Of a DNA stretch of 64,000 bases, positions 18,429 to 28,444 are shown piece after piece; position 1 is the stretch's first letter; the number at the start of each line of letters is the position of its first letter. The notes beneath the pieces are model-generated. The model did not search any database and was not told the DNA's origin. It worked only from the letters and a program-made list of their open reading frames with translations. Location of the stretch: positions 13,923-77,922 of the forward strand of contig JNSE01000001.1 in NCBI GenBank assembly GCA_000754455.1, written 5' to 3'. This DNA is from an actinobacterium acAMD-2 (GTDB lineage: Bacteria > Actinomycetota > Actinomycetes > UBA12327). A program made the translations under genes and the position numbers.

Positions 18429-19151
18429 GTGAGTAAGGCTCGACACACATCAACGCTGGTTGCTTTGTCAGCGGTCTTGGTTATGGGTGGAACGGCAGCT
18501 ATGGCTGGCACCGTCACCCGCGAGCCCGCCGCCACCTCGGTTGTTGCTGTCAGTCAGTCTCGGGCCAACGCTGACGTTCGCGTGAATCGCTCGACTGACC
18601 GCCTTTCTGAACTCGCTCGTGCCAAGAAGTTGGCGGCCCAGCAGGCCGCTGCTCGAAAGGCAGCCCTGAAGCGTGCTGCCACTAAGAAGGCCAACGCCCA
18701 GCAAGCTCGCATTGCCGCTGCCAAGCGCGCTGCCGCTAAGAAGGCCGCTGCGAAAAAGGCTCGCATTGCCGCTGCCAAGCGCGCTGCTGCACGCAAGGCT
18801 GCTGCGAAAAGGGCATCTCGTAGTGGAATCCGCTCCATCGCCCCCAACACTGGATCCAACCGTCGTATCGGTCGCGAGATGGCTGCCAAGCGAGGCTGGA
18901 CGGGCGATCAGTGGACCTGCTTAAACAACTTGTGGACTAAGGAATCCGGGTGGAGCACTCGTGCCACCAACGCGTCCGGCTCGGCTGGCGGTATCCCGCA
19001 AGCTCTGCCCGCATCCAAGATGGCCTCAGCTGGCGATGACTGGCGCACCAATCCCGCGACGCAAATCAAGTGGGGTTTGCGTTACATCTCGGGTCGCTAC
19101 GGAAACCCCTGTGGAGCCTGGCGTCACTTCCAAAACCGAAACTGGTACTAA
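18429..19151 (+). CDS. secreted IsaA/SceD-like lytic transglycosylase-domain protein with Ala/Lys-rich repeat region
   Basis: A signal peptide is followed by AAKKA/ARIAAAKRAA repeats. The C-terminal domain (WTKESGWSTRATNASGSAGGIPQALPASKMASAGDDW...NPCGAWRHF) matches the IsaA/SceD transglycosylase-like family. Confidence 0.7.
   Translation: MSKARHTSTLVALSAVLVMGGTAAMAGTVTREPAATSVVAVSQSRANADVRVNRSTDRLSELARAKKLAAQQAAARKAALKRAATKKANAQQARIAAAKRAAAKKAAAKKARIAAAKRAAARKAAAKRASRSGIRSIAPNTGSNRRIGREMAAKRGWTGDQWTCLNNLWTKESGWSTRATNASGSAGGIPQALPASKMASAGDDWRTNPATQIKWGLRYISGRYGNPCGAWRHFQNRNWY
18705..18814 (+). repeat. perfect/near-perfect 54-bp tandem duplication (2 copies) inside the transglycosylase gene, encoding ARIAAAKRAAAKKAAAKK x2
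   Basis: gctcgcattgccgctgccaagcgcgctgc... recurs with 54-nt periodicity and stays in frame. Confidence 0.75.
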
Positions 19152-19163
19152 ACCAGGAGTTGG

Positions 19164-20825
<1,662 letters not shown>

Positions 20826-20834
20826 GCGTCCTTC

Positions 20835-21860
20835 TTAGAGAGTGAGTTTTCCAGCAAAGTCGACAGAGGAATACAGCCCGAGCTTGCCGAAGGCGTGCTC
20901 GCTGTGAATTTCACGAATCGTTCCGCTCTTGGAGCGCATCACGATGGAGTGGGTCTTGGCGCCGCCTCCGCGGTAGCGCACGCCGCGCAGCAGTTCACCA
21001 TCGGTGACACCGGTTGCGACGAAGAAGACGTTGTCACTGCGAACCAGGTCATCAGTGAACAGGACGCGGTCGAGGTCGTGTCCGGCGTCGAGGGCCTGGC
21101 GACGTTCAGCGTCATCGCGAGGCCAGAGCTTGGTCTGGAGGACGCCACCGGTGCACTTAATCGCGCAGGCAGTGATGATTCCTTCGGGTGTTCCGCCGAT
21201 GCCGAGCATCAGGTCCACGCCGGTTCCTTCGCGCACGGCCATGATTGCGCCGGCGACGTCCCCGTCGGTGATGAACTTGATACGTGCACCGGTCTCACGG
21301 ATCCGCTGCACCATGTCAGAGTGACGCGGACGGTCCAGGATGCACACGGTCACGTCTTCGGGCTTTTCACCCTTGGCTTTGGCAACTGCGCGCACGTTGT
21401 CTTCAACAGGTGCGTCAATGTCGACATAAGGCGCAGCCTCGGGACCGGTAGCCAACTTGTTCATGTAGAACACAGCGGAGGGGTCATACATCGTTCCGTG
21501 TTCGGCAACCGCCAAAACTGACAACGCATTGGGCATGCCCTTGGCGGTCAGTGTGGTGCCATCGATGGGGTCAACGGCGACGTCAACTTCGGGTCCTTCA
21601 CCGGTGCCCACGCGCTCCCCGTTGAACAACATGGGGGCTTCGTCCTTTTCGCCTTCACCAATGACGACGATGCCGTTCATGGCAACTGATGAGACCAGCA
21701 GACGCATCGCGCTGACTGCGGCGCCGTCAGCACCGTTCTTGTCACCTCGGCCTACCCAGCGTCCGCCGGCCATGGCGGCTGCCTCGGTGACTCGAACCAA
21801 GTCAAGGGCAAGGTTGCGGTCGGGCCGCTCGATAATCGTGGCTTCCTGGCTCATGCACAT
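20835..21860 (-). CDS. glpX: class II fructose-1,6-bisphosphatase GlpX
   Basis: DPIDGT motif and GlpX-wide similarity. The start may instead be the second Met at 21854. Confidence 0.9.
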   Translation of the reverse strand: MCMSQEATIIERPDRNLALDLVRVTEAAAMAGGRWVGRGDKNGADGAAVSAMRLLVSSVAMNGIVVIGEGEKDEAPMLFNGERVGTGEGPEVDVAVDPIDGTTLTAKGMPNALSVLAVAEHGTMYDPSAVFYMNKLATGPEAAPYVDIDAPVEDNVRAVAKAKGEKPEDVTVCILDRPRHSDMVQRIRETGARIKFITDGDVAGAIMAVREGTGVDLMLGIGGTPEGIITACAIKCTGGVLQTKLWPRDDAERRQALDAGHDLDRVLFTDDLVRSDNVFFVATGVTDGELLRGVRYRGGGAKTHSIVMRSKSGTIREIHSEHAFGKLGLYSSVDFAGKLTL

Positions 21861-21919
21861 CCCCTGGCAATGGTGGTGAGGTCTATGGGCTCACTCTATC
21901 GGGGAGCAAATGACCCCCC

Positions 21920-22492
21920 GTGGGTCTAGGGGCTCGGGTTGTCCGCGACTATTGGACTATGGCTGGACGTCGCGGATTTGAGTCGGTGCGAGACATGGTG
22001 CTCTCGCTGGGTGTGGTTTTAGCCTTCGTTGCGATGCTGCTCTTGGTGACCTTTCGCCAAAGTGAAGATCCGGTCAAAGTCGTGGACTCAACGGCCGTTC
22101 GACAAGGTGTGGCGACCAATGCGCCGTACAAGGCGGTCCTTCCCAAGGACGTGAAGGGGTGGCGCGTCACCAGCGCTCGAGTCGCACTACCAGGGGACAA
22201 CCCCTTCGGGTGGAGCATCGGTTTTTACACCGACAAAGACACCTATGTCGGTATTGGTCAAAGCAACCAAGAAGCCTCGCGTTACCTGCGTGAGGAAAAA
22301 GCTGACGGCGACGAAGTGGGCAAAACCAACGTCGGTGGCGTGGAGTGGACCAAGTTAGAGCGCGAAGATGAATCGCGACGCTGGTTGGCTAACACGCGCA
22401 ACGGTGTCACCACGTTGATCGCCGGTACGGGCGAATTTAGCGAGTTGGAAAAGTTGGCGAACTCATTGGAGCTGGCGAAGACCTCAGGCTGA
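21920..22492 (+). CDS. DUF4245 membrane-anchored protein (Rv1100-like glpX neighbour)
   Basis: An N-terminal TM is followed by a conserved domain. It is divergent from glpX, as in mycobacteria. A possible alternative start is at 21959. Confidence 0.65.
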   Translation: MGLGARVVRDYWTMAGRRGFESVRDMVLSLGVVLAFVAMLLLVTFRQSEDPVKVVDSTAVRQGVATNAPYKAVLPKDVKGWRVTSARVALPGDNPFGWSIGFYTDKDTYVGIGQSNQEASRYLREEKADGDEVGKTNVGGVEWTKLEREDESRRWLANTRNGVTTLIAGTGEFSELEKLANSLELAKTSG

Positions 22493-22708
22493 CGCGTCGT
22501 CACCCTTGACTGCATCCAGTCGCTCTTGTGCCCCATCAAGCCAGCCTTGGCACACGGCCGCTAAGTGCTCCCCGCGCTCCCACAGGCTCAAGGATTCCTC
22601 CAAGGTGGAGTCACCAGCTTCGAGTTTGGCCACAATCTCCACCAATTCATCGCGGGCTTCCTCGTAAGAGGGGCGATCGGTGAATTTCGGTGCTGCTTGT
22701 TCACTCAT
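22484..22708 (-). CDS. xseB: exodeoxyribonuclease VII small subunit
   Basis: 74 aa with LEESLSLWERGEHLAAVCQGWLDGAQERL. It overlaps the xseA stop by 4 nt. Confidence 0.85.
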   Translation of the reverse strand: MSEQAAPKFTDRPSYEEARDELVEIVAKLEAGDSTLEESLSLWERGEHLAAVCQGWLDGAQERLDAVKGDDASA

Positions 22709-23934
22709 GCTGGGTCCTTGGCTGTTATCTGGTTGACGGTGGCACTGAAACTACCTGATGCGACGCGTACGTGGACCACCTCTTCTGGATTGAGTTGGCT
22801 GGAATCACGAATGATGTGATGGTCGGGGCCTTGAACGATGGCGTATCCGCGTTCGAGGGTGAAGCCTGGTGACAGTGCGCGAACAATGTCACGAGTATGT
22901 GCGAGCTGTGTTGTTGCGTGCAAAACCACGTTAGTGATGTGAACACGAATGCGCCGCCGGCTATTCAGCAAGTCCTCGCGTCGCGCAATCAAGAATCCAT
23001 CAGGGGTGGCCAGCACTGGTCGCGCACGCAGTTGGGTCAACGAGGCGCTCTCACGAGTGATGAGTTGGCCGATGGTGCGGCGCACAGACTGGCGCGCGTT
23101 GTTAAGGGCGTTGAGTTCCTGCTGAAAGTCGGGTACCAGCTTGCTGGCCGCATCGGTGGGTGTCGAAGCACGAACATCAGCGACGTAATCCAGCAAAGGC
23201 GAATCCGGTTCGTGTCCGATGGCTGAGACCACGGGGATAGTGCAGGCAGCGACGGCTCGAATCAAAGTTTCGTCAGAAAACGCCAAGAGGTCTTCGACCG
23301 ATCCTCCGCCACGGGCGATGACGATGACGTCCACGGTGGGGTCTGCTTGGAGTTGTTCAAGTGCTTTGAGGATTTCTGGCACGGTTGTCGGACCCTGTAC
23401 AGAGGTGTTCTTGACAGTGAACTTCACCCCCGGCCAACGTTTCTTAGTGTTTTCTAAGACGTCTCGCTCAGCTGCACTTGCCTTCCCAGTAATCAAGCCA
23501 ATGTTGCGTGGCAAGAAAGGCAACCCGATTTTGCGATCCGCATCGAACAATCCTTCGGCCGCAAACATCTTGCGCAGCGTTTCGATGCGGGCAAGGAGTT
23601 CACCCAATCCCACGGGCCGGATGTCACTGATCTCTAGCGAGAAGGAACCACGGTTGGGGTAGAAGTTGGGTTTGCCATTGACGACGACTCGATCACCATC
23701 TGCGATGTCTGGCATCAACGTCTTGATCAAGTTCGATGGGCAGGTGATCGACAGCGAGTAGTCCTCGTTGACATCGCGCAACGTCATGAACGTCTTTTGG
23801 TATCCCGAGCGAATCTTTACCTGCGTGACTTGGCCCTCGACCCAGACCTGGCCGAGCTTTTCAATCCAATTCTTGATTTCGTGGCTCACCTGGCTAACAG
23901 CCATCGGCGTCTCGACGGAATTGGATGCGGGCAC
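22705..23934 (-). CDS. xseA: exodeoxyribonuclease VII large subunit
   Basis: 409 aa with an N-terminal OB fold and the XseA catalytic region. It forms an operon with xseB. Confidence 0.9.
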   Translation of the reverse strand: MPASNSVETPMAVSQVSHEIKNWIEKLGQVWVEGQVTQVKIRSGYQKTFMTLRDVNEDYSLSITCPSNLIKTLMPDIADGDRVVVNGKPNFYPNRGSFSLEISDIRPVGLGELLARIETLRKMFAAEGLFDADRKIGLPFLPRNIGLITGKASAAERDVLENTKKRWPGVKFTVKNTSVQGPTTVPEILKALEQLQADPTVDVIVIARGGGSVEDLLAFSDETLIRAVAACTIPVVSAIGHEPDSPLLDYVADVRASTPTDAASKLVPDFQQELNALNNARQSVRRTIGQLITRESASLTQLRARPVLATPDGFLIARREDLLNSRRRIRVHITNVVLHATTQLAHTRDIVRALSPGFTLERGYAIVQGPDHHIIRDSSQLNPEEVVHVRVASGSFSATVNQITAKDPA

Positions 23935-24002
23935 CCGCCGATCGTACGCGGTGAGGGTGACGCAGTAGGGGGTATTGGACCCTTGGCACCTACGATGGGG
24001 GC

Positions 24003-24968
24003 ATGAGTTCTTCGCGTCAGGTCCTGCTCGCTGCCCCTCGTGGATATTGCGCCGGAGTGGACCGTGCAGTGCAAACAGTTGAGGAAGCCCTCGAACTTAA
24101 TGGGGCTCCGGTCTATGTCCGCAAAGAGATCGTTCACAACCAGCATGTGGTGCACACGCTTGAGGAGCGTGGAGCGATTTTTGTTGACGAAACCGACGAA
24201 GTTCCCGAAGGCGCCTTGGTCATTTTTTCGGCCCACGGGGTGGCTCCGGTTGTTCACGAAGAAGCAGCAGCTCGAAACTTGCGCACCATTGATGCAACGT
24301 GCCCGTTGGTGACCAAAGTTCACAACGAAGCCCGACGCTTTGCCGAAGACGGTTTTGACATCTTGCTCATCGGTCACGATGGTCATGAAGAAGTCATCGG
24401 CACCACCGGTGAGGCACCCGATCGGATCACCTTGGTTGGCGGACCGGGTGAGGCCAGCGAAATCGTGGTGGCTAACCCCGAAAAGATAGCTTGGCTCTCA
24501 CAAACCACGTTGTCGGTGGACGAGACGATGGAAACGGTCGAGAAGCTGCGGGAGCGCTTCCCCCTGCTCGTCGATCCACCTAGCGATGACATTTGTTATG
24601 CGACACAAAACCGTCAGTCCTCGGTCAAGCTCATTGCCGAACAAAGCGATGTCGTCATCGTGGTGGGATCAGGCAATTCTTCCAACTCGGTGCGCCTGGT
24701 GGAAGTCGCTCTTGACGCCGGTGCCGGTGCGGCTTACCGCGTGGATCACGCCGACGAGATCCAAGAGGGATGGGTCGAGGGTGCGACCACGGTCGGCGTG
24801 ACCAGTGGCGCCTCGGTCCCCGAGATCTTGGTTGATGGGGTGTTGGAGTGGTTGGCCGCTCGTGACTTCAAGGATGTTAAGGAAGTCAGTGCCGCCGAAG
24901 AGAAGTTGGTCTTTGCCTTGCCGCAAGAACTTCGCCGCGATCTCAAGGCCGCGGGCAAAAACACCTAA
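24003..24968 (+). CDS. ispH: 4-hydroxy-3-methylbut-2-enyl diphosphate reductase IspH (LytB)
   Basis: [17 protein letters not shown] and three conserved Cys-containing regions. The gene is divergent from xseA, as Rv1110 is. Confidence 0.9.
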   Translation: MSSSRQVLLAAPRGYCAGVDRAVQTVEEALELNGAPVYVRKEIVHNQHVVHTLEERGAIFVDETDEVPEGALVIFSAHGVAPVVHEEAAARNLRTIDATCPLVTKVHNEARRFAEDGFDILLIGHDGHEEVIGTTGEAPDRITLVGGPGEASEIVVANPEKIAWLSQTTLSVDETMETVEKLRERFPLLVDPPSDDICYATQNRQSSVKLIAEQSDVVIVVGSGNSSNSVRLVEVALDAGAGAAYRVDHADEIQEGWVEGATTVGVTSGASVPEILVDGVLEWLAARDFKDVKEVSAAEEKLVFALPQELRRDLKAAGKNT

Positions 24969-24971
24969 GCC

Positions 24972-25436
24972 TTAGCGGCCTGTTCGACCGCGCACCACGA
25001 TGACGATGAAACACACAATCGTGGTGAAGAACAACCACGGCGCTCCCACTGCGAGGAACGTCCCCAACGTGGCAAACGAGTTGAGTAGGACTCCACCGGA
25101 CTTACCATTGATCGGGCCGCTGGCGAGCAAAATCGCTGCCGAATAAATCAGCGGGGGAGCGACAACAGCTGCCAAGAGGTTGCGTCGTTGAATCTTGACT
25201 GCCGCATAAATCGAAACGATGGCAAAAACTACATTAGGCAATCCGCCGATGCCGCTGGAGATCCAGGTGCTGAGCAACATCACGAACGCGGTGGGTCCAA
25301 GGCAGATGATGATCATGCCGGGGATGGTCAATCCTGGCGAACGCGTCGCTTTGCTGGGCTTGCGCTTGCTGGTGGTTGATCCCTGAGACCGGGGAGACAA
25401 CTCTGGCGGCAACTCTGGCGGCAAACTCGTGGACAC
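24972..25436 (-). CDS. hypothetical integral membrane protein (4 TM) with N-terminal PELPPELS repeat
   Basis: 154 aa with a hydrophobic helix pattern. It contains a 12-nt tandem repeat (caactctggcgg x2) at 25398-25421. Confidence 0.5.
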   Translation of the reverse strand: MSTSLPPELPPELSPRSQGSTTSKRKPSKATRSPGLTIPGMIIICLGPTAFVMLLSTWISSGIGGLPNVVFAIVSIYAAVKIQRRNLLAAVVAPPLIYSAAILLASGPINGKSGGVLLNSFATLGTFLAVGAPWLFFTTIVCFIVIVVRGRTGR

Positions 25437-25504
25437 ATCCCAAACCGTAGTGCCCGGACCGCCTCAAAACCCGAAGGTGAGCCTGCGCCACGGCGCGAAA
25501 TTGA

Positions 25505-25924
25505 TCACAGGGCGTCGGATTCGCCAGCATCTTGGGTTTGGAGTTCAATGTTGTTCCACTGAATCCAGTCCAGCAATCCAGCAAAAGCTTCGGCGCTGAT
25601 CTGCACATCGAGATCATCGATTTGGCAGCGCATCGTGGTGTCGTCGAACTGAAAAGCAAAGGTTCGTATGTTGATGGGCTCGTCCTTGGCCCAAAAGAAT
25701 CGTGCAACGCCAGAGGGCTTTTGGTAATACGCAACGATGATGCGTTGATCGGTAAAGAAGAGCACGCCATCCAAGTTGGTTTCCACCTGTGCTGTGCATC
25801 CCCACAGGAATGTTTCGTCGGTGTAGAGCCGAAGGCGCGCATGATTGAACGGAATACGTGAATCACCGCGCACCATCGTGTCGCCCTGCTCAACCGTGGG
25901 GAAGATAAAGAACAGTGGATTCAT
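25505..25924 (-). CDS. hypothetical cytoplasmic protein (139 aa), lower GC than flanking genes
   Basis: The ORF 25505-25981 was trimmed to the Met at 25924 (MNPLFFIFPTVEQGD...) so that it does not overlap the rmuC stop at 25935. The overlapping 219-aa alternative-frame ORF is Arg/Ser-rich and is rejected. Confidence 0.5.
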   Translation of the reverse strand: MNPLFFIFPTVEQGDTMVRGDSRIPFNHARLRLYTDETFLWGCTAQVETNLDGVLFFTDQRIIVAYYQKPSGVARFFWAKDEPINIRTFAFQFDDTTMRCQIDDLDVQISAEAFAGLLDWIQWNNIELQTQDAGESDAL

Positions 25925-25934
25925 GGCAAGACCT

Positions 25935-27287
25935 TTAAGCGCCCGTCGATGAGGCCGGCGGCTCAAGGGCGGGAGCTTCATCGACCAGGCGGATGCTCAA
26001 TTCTTCCTGTGCGCCTTCGACGAGTTCGGCTTTGCTGAGCTGGTTGACTGAGGATTCGACCATTTTGGGCTGATCCAAGGGCTCACCAACGATTTCTAGA
26101 TCGTTGAGCTTGCGAGCAGAGACCAAAACCCGACTTTCCAAAGAGCTCACGGTGTTATTGAAGTTCTTGGTGACCGATTCGATGGATTTACCCAGTGTGG
26201 AGATATGGCCGCCGAGCTTGCCGAGTCGGTCGTAGAGCTCCTTGCCCAAGTCGAGGACCTGTTGTGCATTTTGTGACAGCTTTTCCTGCTGCCATGCATA
26301 CGCAATGGTCTTGAGCATCGAGATCAAGGTGGTGGGGGTGGCGATGATGACGTTCTTGCTCATCGCAAATTCAAGGAGATCGCGATCGCGCTCAAGTGCC
26401 GGAGCCAAAAATGATTCGCCGGGAACAAAGAGCACGACGAACTCAGGTGCCGGGGTGAATTGTTTCCAGTAGGCCGTTGCGGAGAGGTTCTTGACGTGTT
26501 CGCGAAGATGCCGAGCGTGCGCCTGCAAGCGATCCTCAATGAATGCGGGGTCCACGCTCTCGTACGCATCAAGGAAAGCTGCCAATGTGACTTTGGAATC
26601 AACGACGACGTTGCGATCGCCAGCAATTCGGACCACCATGTCCGGGCGTTGACCCTCGCCGTCGGCATTGATCACGCTTTCTTGTTCGTAAAAGTCGCAG
26701 CGATCGGTCATGCCGGATAGCTCAACGATGCGACGCAACTGCATTTCGCCCCAACGACCCCGCGCCTGGGGTGCACGCAGGGCTTGAACCAGTGATGCAG
26801 TCTCTTTCTTCAAACTCTCGTTATTGGTTTGGACCGCGCCGACCTGTTCGCGCAATTCCGCGTACGCCTTGCCGCGCTCGACTTCCAAATCACGCAGTTG
26901 CTTGTCTACTTGTTCCAGGCTTGCCTTGATCGGGGTCATCAAGTTCTCAACAGCCTTTTGCTGCTTTTCCAATTCGGAATTGTTCGTTTGTTCCGTGCGC
27001 TTGAGGCGCTCCTCGGCCACGGTGAGAAACGATTCAGTGTTGGCCTTGAGTGCATCGGCAGCCAGGGCTTCAAATTGCGTCTTGAGGCGCTCGAGGTTTG
27101 CCTGTTCGTCGGTGGAGCGTTGGGCAGCCAGGTTGCGTTCTGCATCGAGTGTGGCCTTCGCGGTTGCCGCATCGCTTTGTGCTTGAGACAGGGCAGAAGC
27201 GCTGCTGCCTTTCCCGAGCAGATAACCCAACGCCAGTCCAACCAGGACACCCACAACGGCCAAAATCACTACGACGAATGCGCTCAT
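25935..27287 (-). CDS. rmuC: DNA recombination protein RmuC
   Basis: 450 aa with an N-terminal TM, a long coiled coil and the C-terminal RmuC nuclease-like domain (VDSKVTLAAFLDAYES...). Confidence 0.85.
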   Translation of the reverse strand: MSAFVVVILAVVGVLVGLALGYLLGKGSSASALSQAQSDAATAKATLDAERNLAAQRSTDEQANLERLKTQFEALAADALKANTESFLTVAEERLKRTEQTNNSELEKQQKAVENLMTPIKASLEQVDKQLRDLEVERGKAYAELREQVGAVQTNNESLKKETASLVQALRAPQARGRWGEMQLRRIVELSGMTDRCDFYEQESVINADGEGQRPDMVVRIAGDRNVVVDSKVTLAAFLDAYESVDPAFIEDRLQAHARHLREHVKNLSATAYWKQFTPAPEFVVLFVPGESFLAPALERDRDLLEFAMSKNVIIATPTTLISMLKTIAYAWQQEKLSQNAQQVLDLGKELYDRLGKLGGHISTLGKSIESVTKNFNNTVSSLESRVLVSARKLNDLEIVGEPLDQPKMVESSVNQLSKAELVEGAQEELSIRLVDEAPALEPPASSTGA

Positions 27288-27361
27288 TTGTCCATCGTGT
27301 CAGATGTGACTGACACGGCGCAGGCTCGCCTGAGAATGGCGTAGATGCGCCACCTAGACTG

Positions 27362-28441
27362 ATGCGCGTGACCCTTCAAATCGGCATTGTCGGCCTGCCC
27401 AACGTGGGCAAATCCACCCTCTTTAATGCGTTGACGAAAAACGATGTGTTGGCGGCTAATTACCCGTTCGCCACCATCGAACCCAACGTCGGTGTCGTGC
27501 CCGTGCCTGACGAGCGCCTAGCCGCATTGGCTGAAATCTTTGGGTCAGAGCGCGAGCTCCCCGCATCCGTGGAATTTGTGGACATCGCTGGCATCGTCAA
27601 GGGCGCTAGCGAAGGTGCAGGTCTGGGTAACAAGTTCTTGGCCAACATTCGTGAAGCCGATGCGATCTGCCAAGTCATTCGCGTGTTCACCGACCCGGAC
27701 GTAGTGCACGTCGATGGTCGCGTCTCGCCCTCTGATGACATTGAAACGATCAACACTGAATTGATCCTTGCTGACTTGCAAAGTATTGAAAAGGCGATCC
27801 CGCGTTTGCAAAAAGAAGCACGCGTGAACAAGGACCGCGTCGAGGCACTGGAAGTCATTGAAAAGGCCAAGGCTGCACTGGACTCGGGAGTCACCGTTTT
27901 CGCGTCCGGTCTTGATCCGGAGCCGCTCAAGGAACTGTTTTTGTTGACGTCCAAGCCGTTCTTGTACGTGTTCAACATGGATGACACTGAATTGGCCAAC
28001 GATGGACTCAAAGAAGAGCTGCGTGCGTTGGTTGCGCCGGCGGAAGCGATCTTCCTGGACGCCAAGATTGAGTCCGAGTTAGTAGAACTCGATGCAGCTG
28101 AGGCCTTAGAACTTTTGCAGTCCATCGGCCAAGAAGAATCTGGGCTCGATCAACTCGCACGCATTGGCTTTAACACCCTGGGCTTGCAGACCTACCTGAC
28201 GGCCGGACCAAAGGAAGCCCGCGCCTGGACCATTCCGGTGGGTGCAACGGCTCCGCAAGCCGCTGGTGTGATTCACACCGACTTCGAGCGCGGCTTCATC
28301 AAGGCCGAGATCGTGTCCTTCGCTGATTTAGTCGAAGCCGGATCCATGGCTGAAGCTAAATCGCGCGGCAAGGTGCGTATGGAAGGCAAGGAATACATCA
28401 TGGCCGACGGCGACGTCGTTGAGTTCCGCTTTAACGTGTAG
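27362..28441 (+). CDS. ychF: redox-regulated ATPase YchF (Obg-family GTPase)
   Basis: G1 motif GIVGLPNVGKST and the TGS/YchF C-terminal domain. Confidence 0.9.
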   Translation: MRVTLQIGIVGLPNVGKSTLFNALTKNDVLAANYPFATIEPNVGVVPVPDERLAALAEIFGSERELPASVEFVDIAGIVKGASEGAGLGNKFLANIREADAICQVIRVFTDPDVVHVDGRVSPSDDIETINTELILADLQSIEKAIPRLQKEARVNKDRVEALEVIEKAKAALDSGVTVFASGLDPEPLKELFLLTSKPFLYVFNMDDTELANDGLKEELRALVAPAEAIFLDAKIESELVELDAAEALELLQSIGQEESGLDQLARIGFNTLGLQTYLTAGPKEARAWTIPVGATAPQAAGVIHTDFERGFIKAEIVSFADLVEAGSMAEAKSRGKVRMEGKEYIMADGDVVEFRFNV

Positions 28442-28444
28442 TTC

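Noticed and set aside
17764-18432. 222-aa plus-strand ORF spanning the GT2 5' end and the long intergenic leader
   Set aside because: Gly/Arg/Pro-rich, antisense to the GT2 gene, with no start context. The region is better explained as a non-coding leader.
25234-25893. 219-aa minus-strand ORF overlapping the hypothetical gene and the membrane protein gene
   Set aside because: It is in an alternative frame with Arg/Ser/His-rich composition and spans two better-supported genes, so the 139-aa frame is preferred.
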